Both the position numbers and the translations under genes were made by a program. Under the pieces are notes generated by a model, which ran no database searches, was not told the DNA's origin, and worked only from the letters and a program-made list of their open reading frames with translations. DNA of 64,000 nt, from the NCBI GenBank assembly GCA_017635565.1, contig JAGBLE010000001.1, forward strand, positions 2,039 through 66,038. Reading direction: 5' to 3'. This DNA is from Bacilli bacterium (GTDB lineage: Bacteria; Bacillota_I; Bacilli_A; RFN20; CAG-826). Position 1 is the first letter of the stretch; each line of letters opens with the position of its first letter. Of the stretch, positions 61,064-64,000 are shown in pieces.

Positions 61064-61471
61064 TTACCAAAACAATCGTTCAGCAGCAGCAATATCAATC
61101 TCTGCTGGATTCATATAAGAAACTAAGTGAATTCCATAGAAGAAGGTTCCAAGTGAGAACAAAGCATATAAGCCCACCACTATAATTCCTAATTTGAACA
61201 CTACTTTATTAAAATCAATTCGCTTATGAGCTTTTGAAAGCACAAAATACATTGGAACGATTAAGAAAGCACAAATGGTCTCGTCAATGAGATCAAACCA
61301 TTCCATTTGACCAACAATATCTAGTGCACCAGGATTGGTGTTAACTGTAATTAGCTTAGTAACAACTGTTTGGTAAATAGCAGGCACCAATGCTAGCAAG
61401 CAAAGGGCCAAATACATTTTCCAGTCGAATGTTTTAAAGTTATTCCACCATTGTTTAATTCGTTCTTTCAT
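61064..61471 (-). pseudogene. 5' fragment of a polytopic transporter gene (MATE/MOP-like?), apparently truncated
   Basis: 135-aa ORF (MKERIKQWW..., 4 TM helices) ends abruptly. Only stop-riddled remnants (e.g. IVTTLLAPIAKNISIFKRI in another frame) lie downstream before the next gene. Start ATG 61471 after AAGGAAG. Confidence 0.35.
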
Positions 61472-61722
61472 AAAACCACTTCCTTTAATTATATATCTAA
61501 TAATAAATAGTTCCCCACCAGCCATTTGATCGGATAACTGATGGGGATTGAATTACGCCGCCGATAATCCTGCTTAGAAAATTTTGCGAAAGGAGGGATG
61601 AACATGCGTCGATGACGGCTTGATTCCTATTCTCAACCATAGGAACCTAAGTGTGAGATCCTGCTAAGGAGGTTCATGAGCAGGGACGTCAATAGAGGCA
61701 ACTACTGACGAGATTATTTTCT
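61472..61722 (-). promoter_or_regulatory. GC-rich structured 5' leader (candidate riboswitch/attenuator, class not recognised)
   Basis: 76 G+C in the 160 nt at 61541-61700 (~47%) against an AT-rich background. Three-way junction closed by TGACG/CGTCA (61614-61692) enclosing hairpins at 61623-61648 and 61661-61685. Terminator-like 9-bp hairpin at 61514-61547. G-U pairs form only in the minus-strand RNA. Confidence 0.5.
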
Positions 61723-61729
61723 GACATTA

Positions 61730-61758
61730 TTGTAAATTGGAAGTTATTTGCTAACAAT
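61730..61758 (-). promoter_or_regulatory. promoter of the structured leader
   Basis: Minus strand: TTGTTA (61758-61753), 17 nt, TACAAT (61735-61730). Confidence 0.45.
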
Positions 61759-61787
61759 GAACACTCTGTTCAAACAAAAAAGACCCC

Positions 61788-62012
61788 TCATACGAGAAGG
61801 TCATCCACCGATATGGAGAGATATTTTGTAATCTCTAAGATTGCGTTAAGGTTAGGAATTCTTTGTCCGCTAGTCCAATAATATATCGTTCTAGTTGCAA
61901 CTCCTAAATCATCAGCTATATCTTCAATTGACTTATTCGTCTTTTGAAAATAATTGTAGAGATTGATGGCAATATTACTTGCGCTTCTCTCTGGTGTTAT
62001 ACAGTTTTTCAT
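61788..62012 (-). CDS. XRE-family helix-turn-helix protein (74 aa)
   Basis: KSIEDIADDLGVATRTIYYWTSGQRIPNLNAILEITKYLSISVDDLL HTH pattern. Start set to ATG 62012, 7 nt after AGGAGG. A terminator hairpin plus T-run overlaps the stop codon. Confidence 0.7.
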   Translation of the reverse strand: MKNCITPERSASNIAINLYNYFQKTNKSIEDIADDLGVATRTIYYWTSGQRIPNLNAILEITKYLSISVDDLLV

Positions 62013-62091
62013 CCGAATACCTCCTAGCTTCCGCCTTTCGGTATTCAAACTGTGTATAAATAATAATCGATTCGTCATTGAAAATAAATAT

Positions 62092-63579
62092 CTATAAATT
62101 GCCTCCTCTTTCCGCAAGAAGTCTATTATATCCATCGATTAAATATTTCATTTTCTTTTGTTTGTCCCCATTACCAAGAAAATCAAGTTGTTTTAAATTA
62201 TATGTATCGTTGTACGATTCCAAATAAAATTCATAGATATAAATATTTTCATTGAAGTCTTTATAGATGTCGGCTAATAACTCTTCAAAGATTGAGACTA
62301 CGTCATTTTCTGATTTGCAGCCTTGTTCTGTGCACCACTTAATAACATCGTTGAACTTGCTGTTCATTAAATTATTAGCGTAATTAACAATGATATTTTC
62401 AATCTTCTCATTGCTTTTTGTAACCGATTTATATTGCGACTCGTGTTCCAAACAATATTCAAAAGCACTAAATACTTTATCTGGTTTATTAAACCCAACC
62501 CAATTCTTCGATTCGTTAATAAGTAAGGAATTAATATAAATCATTTCTTTTTTGTTGAGTTTCTTAGCTTTGTATTCAAAAGTATCCATCGGAAGATATA
62601 GTCCTTTGAGTAAATAATTAGTTTTAGGAACTTCAAATAATAATTTATTTTGAATTACAGCAGGCCAAATATCTGGAACTTTTACTTTGTAAATTTCAGA
62701 TATTCTTCCATCTTTTTCGTATATCATTGTTTCAGTTTTAGAATCATATAATTTAAAAAATGGATTAATGGCGACAATACACCTTGTTGATGAAATATTA
62801 AATAAATCATAATTTTCATACATCATTAAAGTAGTTTGCATTGGTTTTACATATGCACCAATCCTATTTTTATCACCTTTTTTAATTTGATGGTTTAAAT
62901 AACTAGTTTTTGATGCGCTTAACCCGCCAGTTAATTGATAGAATCCTTCATATTCTGAAACAATACCAGCATCACTTAAAACAAATTCAGAATCATCTTC
63001 TGCATCCCAAAATGCAACATAAGAAAAATAAAATGAACATGCCCAACACGCCATTTCTAAAGATAGTCTTGTGTCTTTAAAAATCTCATAAGGTTGCAAT
63101 AGTTTCTCAGTGCTAAATTCAGCTAACGCCAATAGTTGTTGGTTGAAGAAATCGAACGGGGTCATTGTTTTTAGCATTTCTTCAGAAGTTTTTAAAGAAA
63201 CGTTTTTTAGCCCTTCTAACTTAGCAAAATTTATAAATCCATTAGAGTTTTTATTTAGCGACTTTAGTAAATAGCAAAAATGATCCAACTCTTGAGATCT
63301 AATAGAAGTAACGAACATATATTTCTTTATAAGAAACAAATCTTCTCTAGTGATAATTATTTCATTATCAGTAAGTAGTTTGCTCTTAAGCAATTTAGAA
63401 AAAGGGGCCTCTAAATATCTAGACAGAGCAACCTCAACTTCGTCCTTATATATATTGCGAGTAAAAAATATCTTATTAGAGGGGCGCTTTTCTCTTATTT
63501 CGGCAGTATTTAAATTGAATACATTTACCGCTGTAGAAAACCTATTGATAATGAATTGAGGAATGTAGTGATTTTTCAT
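62092..63579 (-). CDS. DUF4238-family protein with long C-terminal extension
   Basis: N-terminus MKNHYIPQFIINRFS matches the DUF4238 hallmark (HYVPQFYLRxF). 495 aa from ATG 63579 (the track start at 63597 adds 6 aa). Confidence 0.55.
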   Translation of the reverse strand: MKNHYIPQFIINRFSTAVNVFNLNTAEIREKRPSNKIFFTRNIYKDEVEVALSRYLEAPFSKLLKSKLLTDNEIIITREDLFLIKKYMFVTSIRSQELDHFCYLLKSLNKNSNGFINFAKLEGLKNVSLKTSEEMLKTMTPFDFFNQQLLALAEFSTEKLLQPYEIFKDTRLSLEMACWACSFYFSYVAFWDAEDDSEFVLSDAGIVSEYEGFYQLTGGLSASKTSYLNHQIKKGDKNRIGAYVKPMQTTLMMYENYDLFNISSTRCIVAINPFFKLYDSKTETMIYEKDGRISEIYKVKVPDIWPAVIQNKLLFEVPKTNYLLKGLYLPMDTFEYKAKKLNKKEMIYINSLLINESKNWVGFNKPDKVFSAFEYCLEHESQYKSVTKSNEKIENIIVNYANNLMNSKFNDVIKWCTEQGCKSENDVVSIFEELLADIYKDFNENIYIYEFYLESYNDTYNLKQLDFLGNGDKQKKMKYLIDGYNRLLAERGGNL

Positions 63580-64000
63580 ATGGGAACATTTTACCAAACT
63601 TATAAGAAGATTAAATGAACAACTTGTTCAAAAGACATATTCCTAGCGGCACTAATGGTACCTCACTTAAAAAGAAAAATCACCAGTTGAATATTCTTTA
63701 ATTTCTGGCAACTTTTCAAATGCTTAATTCCATTATATTTTCACTATTCCATGATGTTTTTTACCCTTAAAGTATTAAAAATAGAATCTCTGCCTAATAC
63801 ATTTGAAGTAAATCTAAAAGCGTTATCAAAGATTTCATTAAGTACTTGATATTTATCTTCTAACACTAGTTTTAAATCTTTTAGATATTTATCAAAATCA
63901 GAATATCTTTCTCTATATTTAATAACTTGCTTTTTAACATAGTTAGAACGCCTTATGAATTCGCAAAAAGATTTTTGGGTGATGAAATATTAAATAATTT

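Noticed and set aside
61614-61692. Possible ykkC/guanidine-I riboswitch, because of UUAGGUUCC...GGUUGAGA resembling CUAGGGUUCC...GGUCCGAGAG.
   Set aside because: The resemblance is limited to a few nucleotides. The conserved ACGGCGGGA/AAGCCCGGGAGA 3' half is absent, and the local pairing scheme differs.
61605-61709. Two plus-strand mini-ORFs with strong SD-like sequences inside the GC-rich region: AAGGAGGGATGAAC-ATG-CGT-CGA-TGA, and AAGGAGGTTC-ATG followed by 10 codons.
   Set aside because: They are only 3 and 10 codons long with no promoter context on the plus strand. The SD-like AAGGAGG tracts are better explained as the complement of anti-SD CCUCCUU elements in the minus-strand leader, whose stems need G-U pairs available only on that strand.
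63750-63990. Minus-strand open frame (...FCEFIRRSNYVKKQVIKYRERYSDFDKYLKDLKLVLEDKYQVLNEIFDNAFRFTSNVLGRDSIFNTLRVKNIME) near the right edge.
   Set aside because: There is no start codon after the upstream in-frame TAA at ~63992, and it is cut by the window edge. It may be the tail of a disrupted gene, so it cannot be supported as a feature.
1-64000. Searched for CRISPR arrays, tRNA/rRNA genes and alternative genetic code use (TGA as Trp).
   Set aside because: There are no regularly spaced direct repeats other than the 2-copy 29-mer. No tRNA-like cloverleaf or T-arm (GGTTCGAATCC) motifs appear in intergenic DNA. Long ORFs are intact under the standard code, with TGG encoding Trp and TGA terminating genes.

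Overview
AT-rich (roughly one-third GC by eye) chromosomal segment from a low-GC Gram-positive-type bacterium that uses the standard genetic code. Every predicted surface protein is anchored by a lipobox or a C-terminal TM helix and none has LPXTG, so I infer an Erysipelotrichia/Acholeplasma-like (Bacillota/Mycoplasmatota) gut organism. Left to right: (1) rpsF-ssb-rpsR; (2) a complete IS1595-family IS sitting between an mscS-like gene and its terminator; (3) sugar genes: MFS+GH2, a GPH symporter with an unassigned GT-B-like enzyme, rubrerythrin, and an operon of galK-like kinase, galM, flavin reductase, PatB/MalY lyase and DUF3737; (4) two divergent hypB paralogs, one leading hypB / 964-aa multi-FeS flavoprotein / hypA, with no Ni enzyme in the window; (5) housekeeping genes (acyltransferase, M29 aminopeptidase, rpmE, metG, DUF1295); (6) a DinJ-YafQ toxin-antitoxin pair, a histone-H1-like small protein and an orphan lipoprotein; (7) a ~21 kb minus-strand fructan utilisation locus (30.1-51.0 kb): three GH32 enzymes (one with the endo-type WMNEP motif), a sugar ABC importer with MsmK, LacI, fructokinase and three large surface proteins built from an unassigned repeated beta-sandwich-like module, with twin TGGAAACGTTTCCA operators at both promoters; (8) a DUF4143 ATPase behind a perfect 29-bp tandem repeat, and htpG behind a perfect CIRCE; (9) an orphan DnaB-C-like ATPase and a c-di-GMP cluster (GGDEF plus two HD-GYP, one fused to an APC permease); (10) a GC-rich ~250-nt structured leader before a truncated transporter gene, and a DUF4238 + XRE-HTH pair. 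No rRNA, tRNA or CRISPR array was seen. The best candidates for undescribed biology are the repeated surface-module family in the fructan locus, the hypB / FeS-flavoprotein / hypA operon, the unclassified structured leader and the DUF4238-HTH pair.
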